IMG/VR virus record: IMGVR_UViG_3300037249_001368
Location: 96,001 to 160,000 of that record
Reading direction: 5' to 3' (one strand)
DNA length: 64,000 nt
Origin: a virus
Taxonomy: Duplodnaviria; Caudoviricetes
Below the pieces are notes generated by a model, which was not told the DNA's origin, made no database searches, and worked only from the letters and a program-made list of their open reading frames with translations. The translations under genes were made by a program, and so were the position numbers. The stretch's first letter is position 1. Each line of letters begins with the position of its first letter. Below are positions 9,656 through 18,798 of this stretch, in pieces.

Positions 9656-10231
9656 ATGCCTGAAGACGACAACAAATTACAGGAAGGTCAGGAAAACGGT
9701 GAAATCCAAGAACTCGCCGACCAAATTTCCGAGAACCTGACAGGTGAAGGTGGCGAAGCCCCTGAGACTCCTGAGACTCCACAAGCCCCTGAGACCGAAA
9801 CTCCAGACAAGGAAGGTGAAAATGGTGGTACCGAAGAGCCGAATCCCGAGCCGAATCCCGAGCCGAATCCCGAGCCAACTCCGACACCAGAGCCTAATGG
9901 CGGTGGCGAGACCGAAGATGCCGAGGAAGAACAAGAAGTCCTTGGCAAGAAACTGACAAACGAACAAATTGAAGAAATTCGTCAGTATCTGAAAAAGACA
10001 CCTGAATCAAAAGAAGAAGCACTCGAGACCATCGAACAAATGGTTAAATTGTGTATCACTAACCAAGGCTGTGTTATCAGCAGTGGTTTGTATGAGTACA
10101 ACACTTGGGAAGCAATCTCAAAAGACATCCTTTGGTGGTGCGACAAAGCTCCTCGCTTCAACGTCGCCTATCCGTTGGAAACCATGTTGGTTGGTTATCT
10201 GATTGACAACAAAGCTGTGATTGGATATTAA
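9656..10231 (+). CDS. Acidic protein with PET/PEPN repeats
   Basis: Low-complexity N-half and a globular C-half. Confidence 0.6.
   Translation: MPEDDNKLQEGQENGEIQELADQISENLTGEGGEAPETPETPQAPETETPDKEGENGGTEEPNPEPNPEPNPEPTPTPEPNGGGETEDAEEEQEVLGKKLTNEQIEEIRQYLKKTPESKEEALETIEQMVKLCITNQGCVISSGLYEYNTWEAISKDILWWCDKAPRFNVAYPLETMLVGYLIDNKAVIGY
9761..9897 (+). repeat. Coding tandem repeats (CCTGAGACT; GAGCCGAATCCC x3)
   Basis: Visible direct repeats encoding PET and EPNP. Confidence 0.85.
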
Positions 10232-10246
10232 CGTTAAGATTTATCA

Positions 10247-10276
10247 GCCTAAATAACCATAGTAGTTTGGTCAATC
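10247..10276 (+). promoter_or_regulatory. Phage promoter-like motif GCCTAA-N16-GGTC
   Basis: Same bipartite motif with a 16-nt spacer. Confidence 0.6.
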
Positions 10277-10320
10277 ATAAAAAAGATGTCCTATAATTAA
10301 CCACTATAATCTTAAACGAT

Positions 10321-11271
10321 ATGCAAGTATTAATCAAAAATTTCGACTTGAAACTTTTTAAGTCGTTAATCGAGCAAAACTTGTTGGTGCAGAACGAGAT
10401 TTCAATTAACTTCGGTCCTGAGGTTGTGAAATCCTACGCATTTACGAGTTCCAAGTCCTTAATGAAAATTTGGACTGTGAGCACGAAGTCATTAATCAAG
10501 GAATCTGAAGAAGGCGGAGTCATTGATTTTGACGACGATGACCTGACCCCGAAGAGTACAGAACTTGAGTTCGAGCCATTCGACTTCTATGTTCTGAAGG
10601 GAGACATGTTCAAGAAGTACCTCAGTATCTTCAATGACGAACCCGTGACGATGATTATCGAGGTTGACGAAGAAACCAACATCGGTACTCTGATGACGAT
10701 TCAGGGCTGCTCAGCTTACCAATCCCGCTTACAGACCAAGTACAATCTTTGCAGCGACGAGCTGATTGTCAACAAGATTTCGTCTTTCGACCAAGCCATG
10801 CAAATGGTCCAGGAAAGTGAAGACGATATGCACTTTGTGATGACAAAGGAGGAGTGTGACGAAGTCAAGAAACTCATCCAACAGCTACACAAGTCCAACC
10901 CCGAGAATACCAGTTTCATCACCTTCAAGGTTGACGTCGCCCGCAAAATCATCAATGTTTCCGATAAGGTGTTCAGCGTGAACTTCCAACTTCAGAAATC
11001 GGCCGACATTGAAATCCCGAGTAAGTCGTTTGAGTTCAACCTGCTCAAGTCCGACTTTATCTCAACTGGTAACCACGTGTTCCACTTCTTCGTGGAAGAC
11101 AAACCGCAAGGAAAGGTCATTCTCAAAGCCGCTTACAAGAATTGCATCAACATCTACTGCATGGGTTATGCGATTACCTATGACAAGCAGGAAGAGAACA
11201 CCACGGTGTCTGACATTGACAGCGTGTCTGATGATGTCATTGACATTGACGAATATTTCGGAGATAACTAA
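10321..11271 (+). CDS. Putative sliding clamp (gp45/PCNA-like)
   Basis: 316-aa alternating beta/alpha protein between the two polymerase halves; a clamp loader is in the window; no diagnostic motif. Confidence 0.45.
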   Translation: MQVLIKNFDLKLFKSLIEQNLLVQNEISINFGPEVVKSYAFTSSKSLMKIWTVSTKSLIKESEEGGVIDFDDDDLTPKSTELEFEPFDFYVLKGDMFKKYLSIFNDEPVTMIIEVDEETNIGTLMTIQGCSAYQSRLQTKYNLCSDELIVNKISSFDQAMQMVQESEDDMHFVMTKEECDEVKKLIQQLHKSNPENTSFITFKVDVARKIINVSDKVFSVNFQLQKSADIEIPSKSFEFNLLKSDFISTGNHVFHFFVEDKPQGKVILKAAYKNCINIYCMGYAITYDKQEENTTVSDIDSVSDDVIDIDEYFGDN

Positions 11272-11297
11272 AATCTTGACATATCGTTGACTTTCCC

Positions 11298-11345
11298 AGC
11301 CCGTCAGGGCTATGAACCCACCCACGACTGCAAAGTCGTGGGTGG
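11298..11345 (+). promoter_or_regulatory. Two hairpins upstream of the polB C-half (the second a perfect 12-bp stem with GCAA loop)
   Basis: AGCCC-GTCA-GGGCT and CCACCCACGACT-GCAA-AGTCGTGGGTGG. Confidence 0.55.
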
Positions 11346-11363
11346 TGCTTTATAACATAAATT

Positions 11364-12668
11364 ATGGATTTTCTTGATAATTACAATCGTCTAAAAACAG
11401 AAACACAGGACTTATCAAAGTTCACTGATGAGGAACTTGAAGAGATTCTCCGTGTAGCGAAACTTCGCGAAAAGGAGTACGACAATCTACAACTTGTCAT
11501 TAAGCGTAATTGTAATTCTCTGTATGGTTCAACTGCATCAGAATACTTTGATTTCTGTGATACCGATATTGGCGAGGATATTACGACTATATCAAGGCAC
11601 TTCGCTATATTGGTGGATATCGCCATAAACAAGTTCTTGACGAAGTGGGCTGATGATGAAAAATCTCTGCAAATCATGCGAGAGTTTTATCCAGACACGG
11701 TTTCACTCAAAAACTTGTATTACGTCAGAGACACGGTTAATGACGTATGTGTGTATGGTGATACTGATTCTCGGTATATTGATGTTAGTAAAGTTATGTC
11801 GCTCGTGATTGGACCTAATGGTCCAAGACAGTTACCGCCACAAACATCAGAAGGTAACAAAGAACTTGCAGACTTTGCTTCATTCTTTGATGAAAAATTC
11901 CTCAACGCAATCATCAAAAAAGCAATCGACGACGATTTGGAATATCGTAATGGTAACAAGGGACATTTGAAGATGGCCCACGAAGTTACGACCAGAAAGT
12001 CAGTGCTCCTGTCCAAAAAGATGTATATCATGCCTCTGATTTGGAAGGATGGTGTGTATTTCTCCGAGAATCCAAAGTTGAAGTACATGGGCGTTTCCCT
12101 AAAACGAGGCGAAACGACACCAGAACTTAAGAAAATAATCGAAAAACTGGTTAGAAAATATTTGGTTGATGGTTTGACGATACAGGAAATCAGCAAGGAG
12201 TGTCGTAAAATCAAAAACTACATCATAAAAACCAACAAAAAGAAAATTGTTTGTCGTTCTACATCTGTAAGTGGTGTTAAGGAAATGACTTACACCGTCG
12301 AGAAAGATAAAAAAGTTTGGTCGATACCTAAAAATCATCTACAAGCACAACTTGTCGTGAATTGGGCAAATTTCTTGGAGCAGAATGGTTTGCAGGATGA
12401 TTACAGACTTGCGTTTGAAAAGCAAAAAATGTATTATTACAAGACGTTGGGTTCTGATTATACCGTGATTGGGGTGCCCGATGATGTGGATATTGATAAA
12501 ATCCCGAATATGCCTCCAATCAACTGGCATGAAATGATTAATAGTCAATTCTTGAAACCTCTTATGAAATGCTTATTTGAGTACCCCGATAAGTACGAAA
12601 TTACCGAAGCAGATTGTAATGATTTCTTGATTGGACTGAATCATCAGGCAATTCAAATTAAAGTTTAG
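11364..12668 (+). CDS. DNA polymerase family B, C-terminal subunit (motifs B, C), gp43B-like
   Basis: QLVIKRNCNSLYG, YGDTDS, KKMY, KLKYMG. Confidence 0.92.
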   Translation: MDFLDNYNRLKTETQDLSKFTDEELEEILRVAKLREKEYDNLQLVIKRNCNSLYGSTASEYFDFCDTDIGEDITTISRHFAILVDIAINKFLTKWADDEKSLQIMREFYPDTVSLKNLYYVRDTVNDVCVYGDTDSRYIDVSKVMSLVIGPNGPRQLPPQTSEGNKELADFASFFDEKFLNAIIKKAIDDDLEYRNGNKGHLKMAHEVTTRKSVLLSKKMYIMPLIWKDGVYFSENPKLKYMGVSLKRGETTPELKKIIEKLVRKYLVDGLTIQEISKECRKIKNYIIKTNKKKIVCRSTSVSGVKEMTYTVEKDKKVWSIPKNHLQAQLVVNWANFLEQNGLQDDYRLAFEKQKMYYYKTLGSDYTVIGVPDDVDIDKIPNMPPINWHEMINSQFLKPLMKCLFEYPDKYEITEADCNDFLIGLNHQAIQIKV

Positions 12669-12712
12669 TAATAATAAATAACGGCTAGTAACAATTTTCA
12701 ATTCATAATATT

Positions 12713-14170
12713 ATGAGTAACAAGATTAAACAAAATTATGTCGACAATATTTTGTTAGGTGAAAATTCTTACAGTGGTGTATTGTACAGAATCAATGAAG
12801 TTATCAAAAACGCGCAAGCCAAAACCGTCGAAGGCTCTGAATTTCTGTCTCAGATGTACAAGTCTTTGAATGAGTCTGTCACCCCGCTTTTGTCACTGAA
12901 ACCATTCATTACCAAGGGAGAAGAACTTGCCCCCGATGATATGACCGTTGGTGAAGTCATGAAGCAGGTGAAGAAACACCTTGGGCAAAATGCCGATTTG
13001 AACTTCATCATCAACCTTTGTAAAGAGGAACACTTTGCGAAGATGATGCGTGCGGGCATCCCCGCCGAAGAAACTGTCAAAACCATTAAAGAGTTCTTCA
13101 ACAAAAAGTCGTCAGAGACAGAGAAACTCATCAAAGATGGTATCTTTGACTGCTTACAATCAGACCTCCTCGGTGACATTAAAAAGCAACTTGGTTGCAA
13201 TGAAAACGAGGGTACTGATGAGAGTGACCCCGAGAAGCAAGACAAGGAGGTCAAAACCGCCAAACTCAACGAAAACATGTTTATCGCCGGCATGAACGGT
13301 GTCTCAATGTACGCTCCTGTTGGTTTCATCCACCAAGACAGCACAGGTCAAAACTACGGTTACACCGAGGGCACATTTGTCAGATTGAATGAATCAGGTT
13401 CTGACAACGAAGCTGTAGATGTGGCTGTGGTCAGAGACCTCGAACAGAAACATTTCAAACTGATGCGGGCCGTCGACGAAATCGTTTTCAATCCTGAGAC
13501 CAACGAGTTCACCCCCAAGGAGAAGTGGGATATGAACATCAAAGTCACTGCTGACGGTGATGTGATTGTAACGCTTCCTAACGGCAACACCAAGAAAATC
13601 AAACAGGGTGACTTGCAAAAGCTGTTCATCGAAACCATCAACGAGTACGAGAGAGACCCCAAGATTGGTCCTAAATTCTCCGAACCCGTCAAAAAGAGAT
13701 ACATGCGTGATGCCGACAATTTCTGCACCATCGCCATGAATATCAAGAACTTGGTGAAATTCAATACCATGACCGCCGTCAAATCCATCAACGAGTCGGC
13801 CTTGTATGAGATTGGAACCAAGGCACCGAAACTCCTGAGACTCAACGGTCAACTGAACGTCAACTACGATTCTTTCAAGCAACTCTGTGAGTCACAAACT
13901 TCTATGAAGGACGCCATGTTCGGTCTGTTCGACAAAAACCTGAATGAGGAACAAAAGTTCTTCAAACAGCGCGAAACCAGACTGGTGAACCTGAACGAGA
14001 AGCAGAAAGAAATCAACAAGGAACTTGAAAGCATCGCAAGGATGAAGTCAGTTGCTGAACCCAATTCTCCGGCAATGGTCCGCCTAATGGAAATGGAAGA
14101 GAAGTACAACAGACTTCTTGACCAGAACATCGCTGACATTAAGGAGGCTCAGGAAGACCACCTGTATTAA
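12713..14170 (+). CDS. Probable head-internal/structural protein
   Basis: 485 aa with many (L/I)NE(S) motifs and a C-terminal coiled coil. Confidence 0.4.
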   Translation: MSNKIKQNYVDNILLGENSYSGVLYRINEVIKNAQAKTVEGSEFLSQMYKSLNESVTPLLSLKPFITKGEELAPDDMTVGEVMKQVKKHLGQNADLNFIINLCKEEHFAKMMRAGIPAEETVKTIKEFFNKKSSETEKLIKDGIFDCLQSDLLGDIKKQLGCNENEGTDESDPEKQDKEVKTAKLNENMFIAGMNGVSMYAPVGFIHQDSTGQNYGYTEGTFVRLNESGSDNEAVDVAVVRDLEQKHFKLMRAVDEIVFNPETNEFTPKEKWDMNIKVTADGDVIVTLPNGNTKKIKQGDLQKLFIETINEYERDPKIGPKFSEPVKKRYMRDADNFCTIAMNIKNLVKFNTMTAVKSINESALYEIGTKAPKLLRLNGQLNVNYDSFKQLCESQTSMKDAMFGLFDKNLNEEQKFFKQRETRLVNLNEKQKEINKELESIARMKSVAEPNSPAMVRLMEMEEKYNRLLDQNIADIKEAQEDHLY

Positions 14171-14220
14171 GAGCGTTAACAGCAACATTCTAAGTTACGA
14201 TTTTTTTCATTTTTTTTCTT

Positions 14221-14260
14221 GGAAGGGGCAGGTGGCAGGCACATCTGCCCTTTTCTGTTT
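14221..14260 (+). terminator. Intrinsic terminator
   Basis: GGGGCAGGTG/CATCTGCCCT stem plus U-rich tail. Confidence 0.75.
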
Positions 14261-14282
14261 AACCTAAACCTTAACTTCAATC

Positions 14283-14633
14283 ATGGCAAAATACCTCGAA
14301 CCCGATAAACTGACAAAGGATTATGAAGATTCTTTGAAAGCAGGGAAATGTAACGATGCACTGCTGAAAGACTTTCAGTTGATTGCTGAAAATTCCATCA
14401 GAAGGCTGAATAATGGAAATGAACAACACATAGATAAGGACGTCTGTATCAACTACGCCGTCACTGAAGCATGGCGTAAGTGGAAATCATACGACACAAA
14501 CAAATCAACCAACATATTTTCGTTTTACACAACTATGATTCTCAACGATATGCGTATACATTATAATTACCTGAACCGTTGGAACGGTAGATGTATAAGT
14601 ATGACTCTGTTTGAGAACGCTGATGAAGATTAA
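14283..14633 (+). CDS. Late transcription sigma factor, T4 gp55-like
   Basis: FQLIAE...KWKSYDTNKSTNIFSFYTTMILN matches the gp55 region-2 pattern (FDxxKSxNPFAYFT). Confidence 0.7.
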   Translation: MAKYLEPDKLTKDYEDSLKAGKCNDALLKDFQLIAENSIRRLNNGNEQHIDKDVCINYAVTEAWRKWKSYDTNKSTNIFSFYTTMILNDMRIHYNYLNRWNGRCISMTLFENADED

Positions 14634-14677
14634 GCGCGAACGCGAAACGCGAGCTATTATCATAAATCCGATAAGTT

Positions 14678-15289
14678 ATGCTGAACCCGATATTATCAAA
14701 CGCAATCATTCAATTCGGTAATGGATTCTTTCCAGAGGAACTGACCGAAAAATATGACACATACCTGTATAGGTTGAATTACCCGCTGAAAACATTCAGA
14801 GGATATTTCCATGAAACCATACAATCTTTATCTGTGCCAGGTTTATCTCTACAACCGACTGAATTGGTTGGTTTGTATAATAACGGAAATCTGAAAGCAG
14901 ACCGCAGTAACTTTGAACATAACACCACACAATTCACACAACCAGGAAACGCTGATTATACCAGTGTTTTGACCGATAATAAAGTAACAATCACTTTCAA
15001 AAACACCATTCTGAATTGGTTGTATGTTTGGGAGTTTGCTTACAATTATTACAAAAGACGTGACCGCGTCGGTACTTTCGACGTGAACGTGATTCTGAAA
15101 AACAGCGCAGAGATAAACATCCTTGGTTTTTACTTTAATGACGCTTTCATAACCAACACCGCAGAACTTGAGTTTTCATTCACAGAAGCGTTATCGGATT
15201 CCAAGACATTTGACATTTCAATACTGTTCAAAGAATTTAATGTCAGGTCGCTTATCCCCGAATTTAACGAAACACTCATTAAATTATAA
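14678..15289 (+). CDS. Tail tube/tail completion-like protein (gp19/gp3/gp54 fold)
   Basis: SLSVPGLSL...VTITF...NWLYVW...F.D.F...LEF pattern; next to baseplate genes. Confidence 0.55.
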   Translation: MLNPILSNAIIQFGNGFFPEELTEKYDTYLYRLNYPLKTFRGYFHETIQSLSVPGLSLQPTELVGLYNNGNLKADRSNFEHNTTQFTQPGNADYTSVLTDNKVTITFKNTILNWLYVWEFAYNYYKRRDRVGTFDVNVILKNSAEINILGFYFNDAFITNTAELEFSFTEALSDSKTFDISILFKEFNVRSLIPEFNETLIKL

Positions 15290-15294
15290 GGAAA

Positions 15295-15744
15295 ATGCTG
15301 GATACGGTAAATGGTGAATATTCAATGCTTGTTTCAGGTCAGTATAATCGCAATGACGTGAAACTGGTTGAAGTGGTGAAATTGGATGAAAAAACCTATG
15401 GCAGGCTGGACATGATTGCTGTGTCCTACTACGGTGATGTTAAGTATCTACCGTTGCTTCTTGATTGGAACAACATTACCGACGTATCAAAAATGCGTGT
15501 TGGTGATATAGTAGAGATTCCTGACCTGATGGATATGTTGAAGTCTGTTGAAGACAACAACCGATTGCTGATGGAAGATTTTCAGGATGACCAGAATTAT
15601 CCTCTGCCAGGAATCATCGAAAACAACTTTACACCAACAACAAGCGAACAAATCGAAAAGAACACATCAGGCAATCCATTACTTGGTATCACACAGGAAG
15701 GAACCACAGTAGATGAAGCCAATGGATTCCTGATTTATAAATAA
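15295..15744 (+). CDS. Baseplate wedge protein, gp53-like (LysM-like)
   Basis: GRLDMIAVSYYGD...LLDWNNI...GDIVEIP. Confidence 0.75.
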   Translation: MLDTVNGEYSMLVSGQYNRNDVKLVEVVKLDEKTYGRLDMIAVSYYGDVKYLPLLLDWNNITDVSKMRVGDIVEIPDLMDMLKSVEDNNRLLMEDFQDDQNYPLPGIIENNFTPTTSEQIEKNTSGNPLLGITQEGTTVDEANGFLIYK

Positions 15745-15748
15745 AGTC

Positions 15749-16975
15749 ATGGCAGAAAAAATTCTTGAACCATCAATAGAGGTACCTGAAATCAAGGTAG
15801 AAATCGACAAAGAACCCGTGAAGGGAACTTACGAAGGATTGAAGACTTCCTTAGGACAATATGTCCCATTGTTAGCATTAGGTGATTCTGAAGAACAGAC
15901 ATATATCAACTGGTCGAAGATTTCTGATTTCCGACTTGAAGTAGGTCTTTACAAATTACCGACGGTGGACGTAACGGTCGAGGACGAAGATTTCAAAATC
16001 AGGAAACACCTGAAAAATGATTTAGATGTTGGTATCTGTAGAATTGGTTACAACAATTTCGCATTACAGTTTAAGATTCTGTTCACGGAAATATACCCAA
16101 TGTCAGGTGCCGAAATACGGTTAACAGGAATACTCTATGACGAAAAAATGTGGGAAGATGTCCAGCAGAAACATTACAAAGAAATGACAGTTCAAGACGT
16201 CATCACTGAATCGTGCAAGGACAATGGCTTTGGTTTATTGGTTTACGGTAACGAGGAACTTAATACACAAATAAGCGTTGTTCAGACGTCACAATCGAAG
16301 AAGGGCTTTTTGAACTATTTGTTGCATAACTTCACCACAAATATTTGGTGTTTCGACCTAAATTATTTCTTACATTTGGGTAGTTATGAAGCAATGTCGT
16401 TGGAAGAAACCTCAACATACACTTTGGATTACAAAACAGGCGAAAAACTCAAAGAACCTAAGAAACTGATTTTCAGTAGAAACCTGTTGTTTGGAAAGGG
16501 TGGTGAGGACGCAAACGATAAGTTCAAAATCCCTGTAAAGTTTTATGAACCAGAATCAGAATATTCGGATAGATTCATAAACTTCAAAAAATCATACCAC
16601 CAATACACCGACAAGAAAGATATGACTATTCCTCAGTCAGATTTCGGAATTGGGGAAAATGCCGAAAACACTTTTTCGGGTTTTGGGTTACACAAAATAG
16701 CCAACAGTGATAAAATCCGTGAGAAGAACATATCTAAACAAGTCATCCATGTTTTCACAGATTACTTGGTACCTGAATTAAACCCATTGAGCAACATCGA
16801 GTTAGAATTATACGCTAACTCCATGTTTAGCGATAAATCAGATGAAAAAACCGGTGACTTGGACGTGGAACACAGTGGCAAAAAAACAGTAATCGGTTTC
16901 AATATAATATATAAGAAAAAAGCCGAGCAGGATGAATCAACACAGCAATTCACTGAAGAGATTCTTTGCATTTAG
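15749..16975 (+). CDS. Putative baseplate hub protein (gp27/late control D-like)
   Basis: Size, beta-rich pattern and position after the gp53-like gene. Confidence 0.45.
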   Translation: MAEKILEPSIEVPEIKVEIDKEPVKGTYEGLKTSLGQYVPLLALGDSEEQTYINWSKISDFRLEVGLYKLPTVDVTVEDEDFKIRKHLKNDLDVGICRIGYNNFALQFKILFTEIYPMSGAEIRLTGILYDEKMWEDVQQKHYKEMTVQDVITESCKDNGFGLLVYGNEELNTQISVVQTSQSKKGFLNYLLHNFTTNIWCFDLNYFLHLGSYEAMSLEETSTYTLDYKTGEKLKEPKKLIFSRNLLFGKGGEDANDKFKIPVKFYEPESEYSDRFINFKKSYHQYTDKKDMTIPQSDFGIGENAENTFSGFGLHKIANSDKIREKNISKQVIHVFTDYLVPELNPLSNIELELYANSMFSDKSDEKTGDLDVEHSGKKTVIGFNIIYKKKAEQDESTQQFTEEILCI

Positions 16976-16994
16976 GCATTAAAACTTTCTAAAA

Positions 16995-18212
16995 ATGGAT
17001 TCAAAAAATTTTTATGAGAACCTTAGCGAGTATCTGAACGTCATCAAGGCTTTCAAGAAAAGATATGATGTGCAAAATGGATTCGCGTTAGGGTATAGAA
17101 TTAATCAAGACCCCAACGGTGAGTTGCTGATGAAAAATAAACCTCACTCGATTGGTGAAGGTATCACCACGACTGGATGGTGTGTTTCAGTGTCACAAGC
17201 GTTTATCAACGATAACGCTTTCAAGATTTTATTGCAGTACAGAGGCGCTCAAGCCAAACTTATCTCCATTGACATCAAGGAGCAGTTTTGGGGTGAGTGC
17301 TACAACGGCAGTAAGAACTCATGGCACACAGCCATTTTGGTAAATGATTCAGGTGTCAATTTCGTGATTGACCTGACTTGTGCTCAGTTCGGTAACAGAT
17401 TCGTGGAGAAATTCATTTGGGCTTTTGAAACATGGGAAAAGACCTTCAGAAGTCCCATCTGCAAACACGTCATCACCGATTTTGATGGCAACATTCTGAC
17501 TTACAACATCGTTCCCAATGACAAGTACAGCTCCTATAAACCAGTGCTTGACAACGAAAAGATTGGTATCAAGGCGGCTCTGCACAAAAACCCGATGCTG
17601 AGTGACAAGGAGCTTGAACTCATGGCTGATTTCTTCGCAAAACGTATGGATGAAATCAACTGTAAACTTATCAACGGAACCATCAACAACTACGATGTGA
17701 AGTACATTGACTTGGTCACTAACTGCCTCGGTAAAATGACTGTCAAAAACTACGGCAACGCTTATTACCACGTGATGAAGTTCCCCAACAAGGACATGCT
17801 CAGAAAGTTCATCAAAATCTTCATCAAGAACGGCTTCGTTGCCAATCACTATATGTTGTTCTACAACAACATGGAAGATGCTTTGGAGTCATGCCTGTGT
17901 GGTGACAAAATCAATGTTGAAGTACCGAAAGACTCAGATTTGAAATGTTGTCAGGCGGTCGACACCAAGGTTTTGAACAGCCAAGATGTAAAAGAAGATG
18001 CACCGCACTATGTAGTGTTTGAGATTGCAGACTTCTTAGGTTTTGACACCAGTTCAATTTTCAACAACTCATGCTTGGTTCCTTATGGCAACCAGTTTGA
18101 GGTAACTAAGGAAGATATTTTCAACGGTGTCCAACTGCTTCCACCAAGCAACTTGAACACCCAGAAAACTAATACCATTTATGTCAGAAAACTAAAAATT
18201 GACAAACCATGA
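16995..18212 (+). CDS. Protein with a transglutaminase/papain-like Cys-His-Asp domain
   Basis: GWCVSVS ... WHTAILV ... VIDLTCAQF. Confidence 0.5.
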   Translation: MDSKNFYENLSEYLNVIKAFKKRYDVQNGFALGYRINQDPNGELLMKNKPHSIGEGITTTGWCVSVSQAFINDNAFKILLQYRGAQAKLISIDIKEQFWGECYNGSKNSWHTAILVNDSGVNFVIDLTCAQFGNRFVEKFIWAFETWEKTFRSPICKHVITDFDGNILTYNIVPNDKYSSYKPVLDNEKIGIKAALHKNPMLSDKELELMADFFAKRMDEINCKLINGTINNYDVKYIDLVTNCLGKMTVKNYGNAYYHVMKFPNKDMLRKFIKIFIKNGFVANHYMLFYNNMEDALESCLCGDKINVEVPKDSDLKCCQAVDTKVLNSQDVKEDAPHYVVFEIADFLGFDTSSIFNNSCLVPYGNQFEVTKEDIFNGVQLLPPSNLNTQKTNTIYVRKLKIDKP

Positions 18213-18796
18213 AATACAATAAAGAAGGAGACTTCACCCACTTCAGTGCTTTGACGTCTGACGCCTTGTCATTCTTCATCAGGATGGACGTCCCCATGCT
18301 TATTTACGCTGTCGACGACAACAAGAAGGTCTATTCGTGCATGGCTTTCCACGACAGCATGAATAAGAAATCTAAATCGAGGGTTGACACCAAGAATTGC
18401 AAGTATAAGGTAGAAATCAAAAGTTCTTCCTTTGCTGGTGAGAAAACCCTTACCGCTTTGGAGATTCTGAAAACCATTTCTAAATTCACCAACAACGGTA
18501 AATACGATATCGGTGTCACAATCAGAAATAAATGGGTTGACAAGTACAGTGTTATATTCCCGCTCATCGGCAAAGTCAAATCTTCTGTGTTGGAGCAGTA
18601 CTACAGAATTAAAGTCACTGACGAATACATTCTGTTGACTGGTCGTGACATTCAGAATTATCCTCAGGAGGTGTATTACTTCTATGAGGACTACAGCCTG
18701 CTGAAGTTTGATGAGAAAGGATTCGACACCATCATCGACAAGAGCAAATCCAAATTCACTCCTGCTATTATCTTTAACTCCGTAAAATTCAAGTAA
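18209..18796 (+). CDS. Hypothetical protein
   Basis: 195-aa ORF, ATGA overlap with the upstream gene. Confidence 0.6.
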   Translation: MKYNKEGDFTHFSALTSDALSFFIRMDVPMLIYAVDDNKKVYSCMAFHDSMNKKSKSRVDTKNCKYKVEIKSSSFAGEKTLTALEILKTISKFTNNGKYDIGVTIRNKWVDKYSVIFPLIGKVKSSVLEQYYRIKVTDEYILLTGRDIQNYPQEVYYFYEDYSLLKFDEKGFDTIIDKSKSKFTPAIIFNSVKFK

Positions 18797-18798
18797 TC

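Noticed and set aside
9761-9897. CRISPR array or DGR repeat
   Set aside because: Short in-frame coding repeats without spacers; no cas or reverse transcriptase gene in the window.
9580-11420. Split intein or intron joining the polymerase halves
   Set aside because: No intein N-terminal block after the N-half, no HN-C/S/T block at the start of the C-half, and no intron core.
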